From the NCBI GenBank assembly GCA_963665325.3, contig CAXXWS020000002.1:1088001-1152000 (forward strand): a stretch of DNA of 64,000 nt, in the 5' to 3' direction. The position numbers were made by a program, and so were the translations under genes. The notes under the pieces are model-generated. The model did no database searches, was not told the origin of the DNA, and worked only from the letters and a program-made list of their open reading frames with translations. This DNA comes from Alphaproteobacteria bacterium (GTDB lineage Bacteria; Pseudomonadota; Alphaproteobacteria; Bin95). Shown here piece by piece: positions 13,358 to 24,583 of this stretch. Position 1 is the stretch's first letter; each line of letters starts with the position of its first letter.

Positions 13358-14223
13358 CCGGCCGCCGGCAGATTGCGCACCCGCAGCCGCTTCAGCCGGC
13401 GCGGATCGCCGTCCAGCACCTCGAATTCCAGACCCGACGGATGCGACACCAATTCTCCCCGGCTCGGGACCCGTCCGACCAGGTTGAAGACCAGCCCGCC
13501 AAGCGTGTCGATGTCTTCGCGCTCGTCGTCGGACAGCACCTCGCCGACTGCGGCCTCGAAGTCTTCCAGCGTCGCCCGTGCGTCCGCGACCAGCGTGCCG
13601 TCGGGCCGGGTATCCAATTGCGGCGATTCCGCAATATCGTGCTCGTCCTCGATATCGCCGACGATTTCCTCGACAAGGTCCTCGATGGTCGCCAGACCGT
13701 CGACACCGCCGAACTCATCGACAACCAGGGCCATATGCGTGCGATTCAGCCGCATATCGAGCAACAGGTCGAGAACCAGCATCGCCGGCGAAACGAACAG
13801 GACCTCGCGCGCCAGTTCCTTCGGTGACGGCGTGTCGGGCTTGCCGATATGGGCCAGCACGTCCTTCACGTGAATCATCCCGACTATCTGGTCGAGGTCC
13901 TTCTCGAACACCGGCAGGCGCGAATGGCGCGATTGCTCGACCGCCGCGACGACCTCATCGAGCGGCGCGGCGGCAGAGACGGCAACGATGTCCGCACGCG
14001 GCACCATCACGTCCTCGACCGTCATGCGGCGCAGCTTAAGCGTGTTTTCGAGCAGGAACCGCTCTAGCGGGTCTATCGGCGTTGCGTCCTCGTTATGTTG
14101 TGCGGCGAGGTTCGACAGGGTCTCGCTGATGGAGCCCTCATTGCTTCGCCTGCCGGCAAGCCGGCGCCAGAGCGCGCGGAGGCGGCCGCCATTGCCGTTC
14201 GATGTATGAGCCGGCGTGTCCAC
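13354..14223 (-). CDS. HlyC/CorC family CBS-domain protein
   Basis: MVPRADI, HSRLPV, VVDEFGGVDGLATIEDLVEEIVG; C-terminal CorC domain. Confidence 0.93.
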   Translation of the reverse strand: MDTPAHTSNGNGGRLRALWRRLAGRRSNEGSISETLSNLAAQHNEDATPIDPLERFLLENTLKLRRMTVEDVMVPRADIVAVSAAAPLDEVVAAVEQSRHSRLPVFEKDLDQIVGMIHVKDVLAHIGKPDTPSPKELAREVLFVSPAMLVLDLLLDMRLNRTHMALVVDEFGGVDGLATIEDLVEEIVGDIEDEHDIAESPQLDTRPDGTLVADARATLEDFEAAVGEVLSDDEREDIDTLGGLVFNLVGRVPSRGELVSHPSGLEFEVLDGDPRRLKRLRVRNLPAAG

Positions 14224-14229
14224 TGCCCG

Positions 14230-14706
14230 TCAGCCCTGTTCCCTGTATGGGTCGGCTATCGACAGCGTTTCGAGGCAGCGCACCTCCAGCTGCTCCATCC
14301 GGCAGGCTTCCTCGTCCGTCTCATGGTCGAAACCGAGGAGATGGAGCGTCCCGTGGACCACCAGGTGGCATAGATGGTCGTGCAGGGTTTTCTGCTGTTC
14401 GAGCGCTTCGCGCCTGACAGTCTCGCCGGCAAGCGCTATCTCGCCGAGCGGTGGCGGTCCGCCCGGCCAAGGCGCGCCGCCGGAAGGAAAGGAGAGCACA
14501 TTCGTTGGCCGATCGAGGCCGCGAAATCGGCGATTCAACTCGCGAATCTCGGCGTCGCTCCCCAGCAGTACGGAGAGTCCCGCCGGACGGGTGCACCCGG
14601 CGCCGGTCAGGGCCGCACATGCCGCACGGCTACACCAATCGGCTGCCTCTTCGCCGTCCGGCCATTCGCCCTCGTCAAGCGATACCTCGACGGTCCACTT
14701 ATTCAT
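14230..14706 (-). CDS. ybeY: rRNA maturation endoribonuclease YbeY
   Basis: PTNVLSFP and the HGTLHLLGFDH metal-binding motif. Confidence 0.96.
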   Translation of the reverse strand: MNKWTVEVSLDEGEWPDGEEAADWCSRAACAALTGAGCTRPAGLSVLLGSDAEIRELNRRFRGLDRPTNVLSFPSGGAPWPGGPPPLGEIALAGETVRREALEQQKTLHDHLCHLVVHGTLHLLGFDHETDEEACRMEQLEVRCLETLSIADPYREQG

Positions 14707-15675
14707 CGCGGCGCGCCTTTGCGGCGGCGTCATAGGCATCGACGATGCGTGTCACCACCGAATGGCGGACGACATCGCGAGAGTTGAAACGGACTACGCC
14801 GACACCGTCCACCCCCTCCAGCACATCGAGCGCCTCGGACAGGCCGGAGCGCACTCCGCCCGGCAGATCGACCTGGGACAGGTCGCCCGTCACCACCATC
14901 CGCGAGCCCTCGCCCAGGCGGGTCAGGAACATCTTCATCTGGGTAGGTGTCGTGTTCTGCGCTTCGTCGAGGATAACGAAGGCCCGCGCCAGAGTACGCC
15001 CTCGCATGAAAGCGAGGGGCGCAATCTCAATCTCGCCATTGCTGATCTGGCGCATCACCCGGTCGCCGGACACCATGTCGTGCAACGCATCGTAAAGCGG
15101 GCGAAGGTAAGGATCGACCTTTTCGCGGAGGTCGCCGGGAAGGAAACCGAGGCGCTCGCCCGCCTCCACCGCCGGGCGCGACAACACGATTCGTTCGACT
15201 TCTCCGGCCGTCTGCATCGAAACCGCCGCTGCCACGGCCAGATAAGTCTTGCCGGTGCCGGCCGGGCCGACGCCGAAGACGACATCGCGTTCGCGAATCG
15301 TCTTCAGGTAGAGCGCCTGGTTAGGCGAACGCGGAGCAATGTGGCGTCGCCGGGTCTCGACGGTTTCGCTGTCGATCCCGAACAGGTCACCATTCGCGCC
15401 CGGCAGTTTCGCAATGCCGGCGACTTCCGCCAGTCGCGCCGCGCCATCCACTTCGCCCGGATCGATCTCCAGCCCCCGCCGCGCGCGGTCGTAAAGCAGG
15501 TCCATGGCCGACCGCGCCGCCGCCACGGCGCTTTCGGGTCCGGCGATAGCCAGTTCGTTGCCGCGTGCGCGCATCGAGACGCCGAATTTCTGTTCCAGGC
15601 GCGCCAGGTTGCGGTCGTGCGCCCCGTAAAGGGCAGGCAAGAGGCTGTTGTCGTCGAACTGAAGTCGCGCTTCGC

Positions 15676-15679
<4 letters not shown>
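14699..15679 (-). CDS. phoH: PhoH family ATPase (YbeZ-like)
   Basis: [33 protein letters not shown]. Confidence 0.95.
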
Positions 15680-17055
<1,376 letters not shown>

Positions 17056-17069
17056 TCCGCGAAGGCGCG

Positions 17070-17864
17070 TCAACCGCTTGCGATGCGGCCGGCCAGGGCC
17101 TGCTCGACGCCGCCGGCGACCTTGCCGTGGCATATGTGGGCCATTTCGCGCCGGTCCGCGAACTCTGCATAGCTGGTCGGTTCGTGCAATATGACATCCA
17201 CCGATATCCGCCCAAGCCCCAGAGCGATCCAGATATGCCCCGCCATACCCATGTCGCCATACCAGGCGATGCGCGGCATATGCGCCCGGCCGGTGGGCAG
17301 CCCGTCTATGGCCGAATAGGCAATGGATACCGGTTGCACCACCAGCGGCTTGCCGCCGACCTTGCGCTCGGCAACGCTGAACAGGGCGCTCTTGAACGGC
17401 AGCACCCTGATGCCGTCGCTCGATGTTCCTTCCGGGAAGAGGATCAGGTTGTCGCCGCTCTCGAGACGTATCTGCATCGCATCGCGCTGGCCGGCCGTCG
17501 ATCGCGGCCGCCGGTCCACGAACACGCTTCTCTGCAGTTTGGCGAGCTGGCCGAAGAAGGGCCAGCCGGAAACCTCCGACTTCGCGACGAATGAGGCCGG
17601 CAGCGTTGCGCCCAGGGTGACGATATCGAGATAGGTGACATGGTTGCAGACGAACAATGTCGGTCGCGCCTTGCTCAATGTGCCGTGCGTTCTGAGGTCG
17701 AAGCCAAGTATTCCCGCGCAGCGCCGGTGATAGGACAGAGGGAGGCTGACGGCGAGCGGGCGCCTCAGGAGCACGGCCAAGGCCTGCACCGGCATTAGCG
17801 GGAGCGTGTAAAGGACGTAGGCCAGAAGGCGCCCAAAGGCGCGCAGCGGCGAGTGGCGGATCAC
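17070..17864 (-). CDS. olsA: Lysophospholipid acyltransferase (lyso-ornithine lipid O-acyltransferase-like)
   Basis: NHVTYLD (HX4D) and FPEGT motifs. GTG start overlaps the stop of the olsB-like gene. Confidence 0.82.
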   Translation of the reverse strand: MIRHSPLRAFGRLLAYVLYTLPLMPVQALAVLLRRPLAVSLPLSYHRRCAGILGFDLRTHGTLSKARPTLFVCNHVTYLDIVTLGATLPASFVAKSEVSGWPFFGQLAKLQRSVFVDRRPRSTAGQRDAMQIRLESGDNLILFPEGTSSDGIRVLPFKSALFSVAERKVGGKPLVVQPVSIAYSAIDGLPTGRAHMPRIAWYGDMGMAGHIWIALGLGRISVDVILHEPTSYAEFADRREMAHICHGKVAGGVEQALAGRIASG

Positions 17865-18802
17865 GAGGCCAGCGCCTCCCGTGTGAACTCGCCGTCGCGG
17901 CTGTAGCGGCGCAAATAACGGTCGGTCACGCCGTCCGGGCGCACCACGATGCATACATCCACCGTGTCGAACTCGCTGTCGATCACCGCTCCGTCGCCGA
18001 CGCCGCCGCCAATACGCAGATAGCCCTTGATGAGCGGTGGCAGGGCGGCAAGCGCCTTCCTCTTGTCGACATCCTCGCGGGCCAGCCGCCGCATCTCGAC
18101 ATGGCGCGGGCGCAGCGCCTTGGGCCGGAGCGCGAGAGGCGCAAGATGTTCGTAATACAGGTAGGAGAGCGGCAAGGCATGGACCTCGGGGTCCGCGCCC
18201 GGAAAACTTCCGCAGCCGAACAGCAGCTTCACGTTATGGTGCATCACATAGCGCGCAATGCCGCGCCAGAGCATCTGCATGGTGTGGTGGCGGCGATAGT
18301 CCGGATGGACGCAGGAACGGCCGAGTTCCAGAATTTGCCGTCCGCCGCGCAACAGCTTGCGGATGTTGTATTCGTCCTGGGTGTAGAAGCGTCCGAGGCG
18401 GGCCGCCGCATCCCGCCGCATCAGCCGGTAGGTGCCGATGATGGCGGGCGGTCCGCTGCCGAGACGGCGGTCGAGCACGATGAGGTGGTCGCAATAGGGG
18501 TCGAATCGGTCGAAGTCCCGTTCCGCCGCCGCAATTGCCGGACTCGGTTGCGCTGTCATCTCTTCGTAGAAGACCTTGAAGCGCAGAGCCTGAGCGGCGT
18601 CGATATCTGCGTCCGTCTGGGCCAGACGAACGACGAGGTCGCCAGACTCGACGATAAAGGGACTGCGCTGGTTGACCGGAACTGCGCGCCGCCGGCGGGC
18701 CGTCGGGGGAAAGAACGGCACGATAAGGCCGCGCTTGCCGGGCGGTGTTACGCGCCGGCGCGGAACGACCCGACTGACCGCCTTTCTGACCTTTAGAGCC
18801 AC
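17861..18802 (-). CDS. olsB: GNAT ornithine N-acyltransferase (start may lie further downstream)
   Basis: [39 protein letters not shown]. Confidence 0.85.
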   Translation of the reverse strand: MALKVRKAVSRVVPRRRVTPPGKRGLIVPFFPPTARRRRAVPVNQRSPFIVESGDLVVRLAQTDADIDAAQALRFKVFYEEMTAQPSPAIAAAERDFDRFDPYCDHLIVLDRRLGSGPPAIIGTYRLMRRDAAARLGRFYTQDEYNIRKLLRGGRQILELGRSCVHPDYRRHHTMQMLWRGIARYVMHHNVKLLFGCGSFPGADPEVHALPLSYLYYEHLAPLALRPKALRPRHVEMRRLAREDVDKRKALAALPPLIKGYLRIGGGVGDGAVIDSEFDTVDVCIVVRPDGVTDRYLRRYSRDGEFTREALAS

Positions 18803-18897
18803 CGCAACGCCTTTCTCTGAGTGGCCTCATGTTACTCTGCCCGGCGCAGCGCGCCTAGTATTGTCGCGCGTCTGTCGGCCCCGGGACCGCAACGGCA

Positions 18898-19314
18898 TCA
18901 ACTGCTGCGGGGGGTGCGCCGGCCGAGCCCGATCTTCTTGGCGAGCTCGCTGCGCTGGGCCGCATAGTTTGGCGCGACCATCGGATAGTCGGCGGGCAGG
19001 TTCCAGCGTTCGCGGTATTCGTCCGGCGTCATGTTGTAGGCCGTCTTGAGATGGCGGCGGAGCATCTTGAGCTTCTTGCCGTCCTCGAGACAGACAATGT
19101 GGTCCGGCATCACGGACCGGCGAACAGGAACGGCAGGGACCGGGCGCTCGGAGTGCGCCTGCGGTCGATCATTGAGGCTTGCAAGCGTGCCGTAGACCTG
19201 TCGAATGAGGTCCGGGAGGTCCGCGACCGAGACCGTATTGTTGGACACATGCGCCGAAACGATCCTCGACGTCTGTTCCAGCAGATTGCGCCGGCTTTGC
19301 GTCTCGTCGCTCAT
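18898..19314 (-). CDS. mucR: MucR/Ros zinc-finger transcriptional regulator
   Basis: IVSAHVSNN, CLEDGKKLKMLRRHL, YPMVAPNYA. Confidence 0.95.
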   Translation of the reverse strand: MSDETQSRRNLLEQTSRIVSAHVSNNTVSVADLPDLIRQVYGTLASLNDRPQAHSERPVPAVPVRRSVMPDHIVCLEDGKKLKMLRRHLKTAYNMTPDEYRERWNLPADYPMVAPNYAAQRSELAKKIGLGRRTPRSS

Positions 19315-19661
19315 GTCGGGCAATCCCTGCCTCTTGTCGAACGGACAATCCCGAAACGGAATTAGGACACAGCCTCCGGCCGGCAAGAGCAGCCTTCCGT
19401 TTCCTCCGGTGTTTTTTCCGCCCGGAAGTCGCATCCGGGCGTCTGGGCTGTCGCATCGCGAATAGTGTCGGGCCGCCTCCTGGACGGATTCTCTTCCACG
19501 CATGGATGACCGGCGCTGACGGCGGACGGCCGGGTCGTTGCGGGAGAAGGGGTCGTCATGTCGCTGCTCGCCGGTTCCCGCTGTCCGTCCGTCCTTCCCG
19601 TCGCGTTCGCGCCGCCATGTCGTCCGGACCACAGATCACTCGCCCGAACGGAGGCCTGACA

Positions 19662-20753
19662 ATGGACGCCTACGCGATCATGCATGACGAATTGGATCTG
19701 GAAGTCCGATGGCCCGGTGGCGATTCGACACGCTTTCCGTGGATATGGATGCGCGTCAACGAGCCCGGCGCGTTCGACCCGGTCACGCGGGAGCGACGAT
19801 TCGATCTGGCCGGCGTAGCACCTGACATACGGCCAGAGAATGTCGAACTCGACGGCGAAACGCTGGTCGTCCGCTGGCCGGACAGCGAGGGCGCCAGCCA
19901 TGTGCCTATCGCCTGGCTGGAGGCCCGCCGGCCGGACGCGCCGGAGCCTGCCGATCCCGCGGCGATCGTTCCCGAGGTCTGGACCGCAACCCTCGCCGAG
20001 GAGCTTCCGCGCCATAAGGCGGATGGCGACCTCAAGGCGTTTCTGACCGACCTGAAGCGTTTCGGCCTGGCGCTGGTGGACGGGCTGGGCGAAGACCCGG
20101 AGGCAGGCCCCGCCTTCGGCGCGCGTATCGGTCCCATTCAGGAAACCTATTTCGGGCGCATCTTCGAGGTCCACACCCGCCCGAACCCCAACAGCCTTGC
20201 ATACACTGCCTATGCCCTGCCGCCGCATACGGACCTGCCCTATTTTGAGACCCCGCCGGGCGTCCAGTGTCTGCATTGCGTGCGCAACGCGGCGGAAGGC
20301 GGTGCCAGCCTGTTCGTGGACGGCTTCCGCGCTGCGGAACTCCTGCGCGAGGAAGCCCCGGCGGACTTCGACCTGCTCGCCGGGCGGCAGGTGCCGTTCC
20401 GCTTCATCGATGACATCGCGGATATTCGCCGGAGCCGCCCGGCGCTGACCCTCGACCGGGACGGTCGGTTGGTCGAGGTTGCGCTCAACCCGGCCACCGC
20501 GGACGAAATGCGGCTCGACGCCGACCCGGCGGAGACGCGCGCCTATTATGCCGCGTGGCGGCGGTTCATGATGATTACGCGCCGCGCCGAACTCACCATC
20601 CACATGCAGCTCGAACCGGGTGTCATGGTCGCCTTCGACAACCGCCGTGTGTTGCATGGGCGCGACGCCTTCGACCCCTCGACCGGGGAACGCTGGCTGC
20701 GCGGCTTCTACGTCGACTGGACGGATATCGACAGCCGGCTTCGCCGCCTGTAG
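19662..20753 (+). CDS. Gamma-butyrobetaine hydroxylase-like Fe(II)/2OG dioxygenase (TauD family)
   Basis: GBBH-like N-terminus, HTD iron motif, FDNRRVLHGR. GGAGG Shine-Dalgarno upstream of the ATG. Confidence 0.88.
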   Translation: MDAYAIMHDELDLEVRWPGGDSTRFPWIWMRVNEPGAFDPVTRERRFDLAGVAPDIRPENVELDGETLVVRWPDSEGASHVPIAWLEARRPDAPEPADPAAIVPEVWTATLAEELPRHKADGDLKAFLTDLKRFGLALVDGLGEDPEAGPAFGARIGPIQETYFGRIFEVHTRPNPNSLAYTAYALPPHTDLPYFETPPGVQCLHCVRNAAEGGASLFVDGFRAAELLREEAPADFDLLAGRQVPFRFIDDIADIRRSRPALTLDRDGRLVEVALNPATADEMRLDADPAETRAYYAAWRRFMMITRRAELTIHMQLEPGVMVAFDNRRVLHGRDAFDPSTGERWLRGFYVDWTDIDSRLRRL

Positions 20754-20820
20754 CCCGGCTTTGCCGAAACGCTGAGGCTGGGGTTATTCTCCGCTGAACC
20801 TGACGAGGAGGCAGCGGGAT

Positions 20821-21597
20821 ATGGACAGTATGGCGGACGGCAGGCCGGTCGGGATGAGTGCCGAGGAATGGCAGGCGCGGTGTGATCTCGCCGCGGCCTA
20901 CCGGCTATGTGCGCTCTACGGGTGGACGGACCTCAACAACACCCACATTTCGGCACGTTTACCGGGTGCGGAGGATTCCTTCCTGTTGAATCCCTTTGGC
21001 ATTTTCTTCGAGGAGATCACGGCCTCCTCGCTGATCTTGGTGGACCGGGACGGGAATGTGCAGAGCGAGACGGGACACGGCGCCAATCTGGCCGGCTTCG
21101 TCATCCACGGCGCCATTCACACGGCCATGCCGCACCTGCATTTCGTCATGCACACTCATTCGCGATACGGCGTCGCAGTAGCGATGCAAGAGCACGGCCT
21201 GCTGCCGGTGAGTCAGAAGGCGCTCACCGTCATGGGCTGGCTCGGCTACCACGATTTCGAGGGTACGGCGACCGACAAGGGCGAGCGGCCGCGGATCGTG
21301 CGAGACCTCGGGGACCGACGGATCCTGATGCTGCGGAACCACGGCCTGCTGACGGTCGGCGAGACGATGGGCGAGGCGTTCGTGTGGATGTACCGGATCG
21401 AGACCGCGTGCCGCCACCAGATCGACGCCCAGTCCGGCGGCGCGCCACTGCGCGAAATCACACCGGCGACCCAGGAAAAGACGATCGCGACCGGAAAGTC
21501 GATGTACGGCCCCGGCGGTTTCATCGAGGTCGGCAAGGAATGGCCGGCCCTGCTGCGTCAACTGGAACGGGCGGGCATGGACGACTACCGGCGCTGA
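20821..21597 (+). CDS. Class II aldolase/adducin family protein
   Basis: HISAR, EITASSL, GFVIHGAIH, HTHS, LRNHGLL. Confidence 0.9.
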   Translation: MDSMADGRPVGMSAEEWQARCDLAAAYRLCALYGWTDLNNTHISARLPGAEDSFLLNPFGIFFEEITASSLILVDRDGNVQSETGHGANLAGFVIHGAIHTAMPHLHFVMHTHSRYGVAVAMQEHGLLPVSQKALTVMGWLGYHDFEGTATDKGERPRIVRDLGDRRILMLRNHGLLTVGETMGEAFVWMYRIETACRHQIDAQSGGAPLREITPATQEKTIATGKSMYGPGGFIEVGKEWPALLRQLERAGMDDYRR

Positions 21598-22040
21598 TTC
21601 GCAAGGGCGTCGCTTATTCCGAGGCGGAGAACGAGGGCATCCTGCCGGTCTGAGGGGGTGCGGTAATATCCAGGCCGGCGTCCAACAGGCTCAAATCCGA
21701 ACCTGGCGTAGAGCGCACGCGCGGCATCGTTGCGTTCGGAGACTTCCAGAAACAATGCCCCTCCGCCGAGGCCGGTGAGCGCATCTTCCAGCAGCGCCGT
21801 CGCGATTCCCCGGCGCTGCGCAGAAGGATGGGTCGCAATCATCACTACTTCCGCTTCGTCGCCGGTGCTGCGCAGATGCAGGAAGCCGACAGGCAGGGAC
21901 CCGTCCATTGCGATGCGGGTGCGCGCGCCCGGTGCCGCGAGCAGGCTGCGCCAGGCATCCGCGGACCAGGAGTCCCCGGGCATGGCCGCGCGGTGGATGG
22001 CTGCGAGAATCTCGGAATGCGAGGAGTCGGCGGCGATCAT
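21585..22040 (-). CDS. rimI: RimI-like GNAT acetyltransferase
   Basis: QRRGIA, LFLEVSERN, GRRPGYY. ATGA overlap with tsaB. Confidence 0.88.
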   Translation of the reverse strand: MIAADSSHSEILAAIHRAAMPGDSWSADAWRSLLAAPGARTRIAMDGSLPVGFLHLRSTGDEAEVVMIATHPSAQRRGIATALLEDALTGLGGGALFLEVSERNDAARALYARFGFEPVGRRPGYYRTPSDRQDALVLRLGISDALANQRR

Positions 22041-22642
22041 GGCCTGGCCGGGCCGGTATGGGGCCGGGTGAGATAGAGCGGCGATGCCGGACCGGGCGGA
22101 AACGTCCTGCCGAGAAGCCGGGCCGCATCCGGAAGTGTCGGCCCCAGCGCCCGAACCTCTCCCGGCGCCAACTTCGCCAGCACCGCTGCTGCATCGCCGA
22201 CGACGGTGAAGGGCGCGTTCGCAATCAGGGCTTCCGCTGTCGTCACGAATGGGTCGGCGGCGGCGGAAAGGTCGGCGGCATAGAGGCTGCCGCGCTTGGT
22301 ATCGATCACGGCGAACAAAGGGCCCTCGGGCGGATCCGTCGGACGCAATGCTTCGAAGGTGGGTACCGCCGCAACGGCGGCTCCGGTGGCGAGCGCCAGC
22401 CCGCGCGCCGCCGCCAGCGCTATGCGGACACCGGTAAAGGAGCCCGGACCCCGCGTGACGACGATTTGGGAGACTTCGGGGAAGGCCGCACCGGCGTCCG
22501 CCATCGCTCGTTCCAGCATGACCGGCGCCGTCTCCGCATGGCCGCGCGCCATCGCCTGCCAATGGCTTGCGAGGAGCTTCCCGTCCCGGGCAACAGCAAC
22601 GGAGCAGGCATTGGCGGCGCAATCGAGCGCGATTTCGACCAT
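22037..22642 (-). CDS. tsaB: tRNA threonylcarbamoyladenosine biosynthesis protein TsaB
   Basis: RGHAE, GPGSFTGVRI, PLY motifs. Confidence 0.94.
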   Translation of the reverse strand: MVEIALDCAANACSVAVARDGKLLASHWQAMARGHAETAPVMLERAMADAGAAFPEVSQIVVTRGPGSFTGVRIALAAARGLALATGAAVAAVPTFEALRPTDPPEGPLFAVIDTKRGSLYAADLSAAADPFVTTAEALIANAPFTVVGDAAAVLAKLAPGEVRALGPTLPDAARLLGRTFPPGPASPLYLTRPHTGPARP

Positions 22643-22687
22643 GGGATGCGCCGGGGATGCTTGGCGGGCTGCCCCGCCGGGCGGGGC

Positions 22688-23239
22688 CTAGGGAACCGGA
22701 TAGACCGCTTCGACTTCCGGGATGTAGTGGCGCAGCATGTTCTCGACGCCCATCTTCAGGGTTGCCGTCGAGCTCGGGCAGCCGGCGCAGGCGCCCTGCA
22801 TGCTGAGATAGACAACGCCGTCCTCGAAAGCGCGGAAGACGATATCGCCGCCGTCCTGCGCCACCGCCGGCCGGACGCGCGTTTCCAGCAGCTCCTTGAT
22901 CTGCGAGACGACTTCGCTGTCCTCCGCACCGTCACCGGCGTCGTCCACGCCGCCGTCCAGCATGACCGGGCGGCCGGCCATGAAGTGGTCCATGATCGCG
23001 CCCAGGATCATCGGCTTCAACGTCTGCCAGTCGCGCGCGTCGTCCTTGCTGACGGTTACGAAGTCGCTGCCGAGGAATACCGCACGGACACCCGGCACAT
23101 CGAACAGCACCTGCGCCAGCGGCGAGCGCTCCGAGCCCTCTATCGACGGGAAATCGGCGGTGCCGCGCCCCATCACGTTCACGCCGGGAATGAACTTCAG
23201 CGTTGCGGGATTGGGGGTCTGTTCGGTCTGAATGAACAT
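22688..23239 (-). CDS. NifU/NfuA family Fe-S carrier
   Basis: MFIQTEQTPNPATLKF, RPAVAQDGGDI, GACAGCPSS. Confidence 0.95.
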   Translation of the reverse strand: MFIQTEQTPNPATLKFIPGVNVMGRGTADFPSIEGSERSPLAQVLFDVPGVRAVFLGSDFVTVSKDDARDWQTLKPMILGAIMDHFMAGRPVMLDGGVDDAGDGAEDSEVVSQIKELLETRVRPAVAQDGGDIVFRAFEDGVVYLSMQGACAGCPSSTATLKMGVENMLRHYIPEVEAVYPVP

Positions 23240-23295
23240 CGGCTGCTTCCTCCGGCGCACTATGCGGTTCTAGATGGACCGGAACCGCCGCGAAA

Positions 23296-24555
23296 TCAAG
23301 CTGCGCCGTCGTAATAGGCCTGGAGGATAGCGAGAACGCCATCGCGGCTGTATTCGGGCGGGATCGTCTCGCGGTTGGCGAACATCTCGCGCAGCCGGGT
23401 GCCCGAGATGCGGAGCTTTCCATCGTCGCTGTGGCGGCAGGCTTGGCCTCCGGCGTCCCCTGTCGCGACGGCCGCCACCGCGCGGTAACGCTCCTCCTCG
23501 CCGGGCGGGTCCTCCCCTCGCTCGGCGGCGAAGCACACGTTCCCCGTCGCCATGCCCTTGCAGTCGGAGCAGTAGAATGTGTCGTCGATCTTCAGGGGAC
23601 GGATGGCGAGGCTGTCTGCGCCGATCTCGTCGAATATGCGCTGCGCGTCGTAGGGCCCGTAATAGTCGCCGAGCCCGGCATGGTCACGTCCCACCACCAG
23701 ATGCGAGCAACCGAAATTCTGGCGGAACAGGGCGTGCAGCAGCGCCTCCCGGGGGCCGGCGTAGCGCATCTCGATGGGGTAGCCGGCCTGGATCACCCGT
23801 CCATCCGGGAAGTGGTTGGCGACCAGCCAGTCGATGGTGCCGACCCGGACATCCGCGGGAATGTCGCCTTGCTTGAGCGCCCCGAGGACCTGGTGGATCA
23901 GCAGCCCGTCGCACACCTCGATGGCGACCTTGGCGAGAAACTCGTGACTGCGGTGCATGGGGTTGCGGGTCTGGAAGGCGGCAACCGTGGACCAGCCCCT
24001 TTCGGCGAACAGCGCCCGGGTCTCGGCGGGGCGCAGGTAAAGCCCCCGGTAAGTCTCGGGAAAGTGGCCCTCCGAGAAGACCGAGACAGGGCCAGCCAAG
24101 TTGACCGGGCCCTGCGCCATGACCTTGGCGACGCCTGGGTGAGCCTCGTCGGTTGTGCGGTAGATCTCACGACACTCGAGGGCCTTGTCGATTGTGTATT
24201 TCTCGGTGACCGTCAGGACGCCGAGGATCTCCCCCTCCGCATCCGTCAACGCGACGTCGTCGCCCACGGCGACGGCGAAGTCCTCGCCGCAGGACAGCGT
24301 GATGGGCAGCGGCCAAAAAAGGCCGTTGTCCAGGCGCATATCGACGCTTGCGCCGTGCCAGTCGGCCGCGCCCATGAAGCCCGCCAGCGGCGAATAGGCG
24401 CCCATGGCAAACATGAAGAGGTCCGAGACCTCGCGACTCGACAAAGGCAGCTTCTTCAGGCCGCGCGCCCTCGTCAGCGCCTCGTCCCGCTCCTCCTGCG
24501 GCAGCAACAGGGGCTTCAAAGCGGCGTTGCCGTGCGGGGCGATCAATTTCGACAT
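23296..24555 (-). CDS. sat: Sulfate adenylyltransferase (dissimilatory type)
   Basis: LIAPHG, FQTRNPMHRSHE, MRYAGPREA, VGRDHAG, ISGT. Downstream of aprA. Confidence 0.96.
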   Translation of the reverse strand: MSKLIAPHGNAALKPLLLPQEERDEALTRARGLKKLPLSSREVSDLFMFAMGAYSPLAGFMGAADWHGASVDMRLDNGLFWPLPITLSCGEDFAVAVGDDVALTDAEGEILGVLTVTEKYTIDKALECREIYRTTDEAHPGVAKVMAQGPVNLAGPVSVFSEGHFPETYRGLYLRPAETRALFAERGWSTVAAFQTRNPMHRSHEFLAKVAIEVCDGLLIHQVLGALKQGDIPADVRVGTIDWLVANHFPDGRVIQAGYPIEMRYAGPREALLHALFRQNFGCSHLVVGRDHAGLGDYYGPYDAQRIFDEIGADSLAIRPLKIDDTFYCSDCKGMATGNVCFAAERGEDPPGEEERYRAVAAVATGDAGGQACRHSDDGKLRISGTRLREMFANRETIPPEYSRDGVLAILQAYYDGAA

Positions 24556-24583
24556 GAGGCGTCGCCGTGACGGGAAATCGGGA

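Noticed and set aside
19315-19661. ncRNA in the mucR-dioxygenase divergent gap
   Set aside because: The 347 bp can be explained by two promoters and the typically long mucR leader; no convincing structure or motif was seen.
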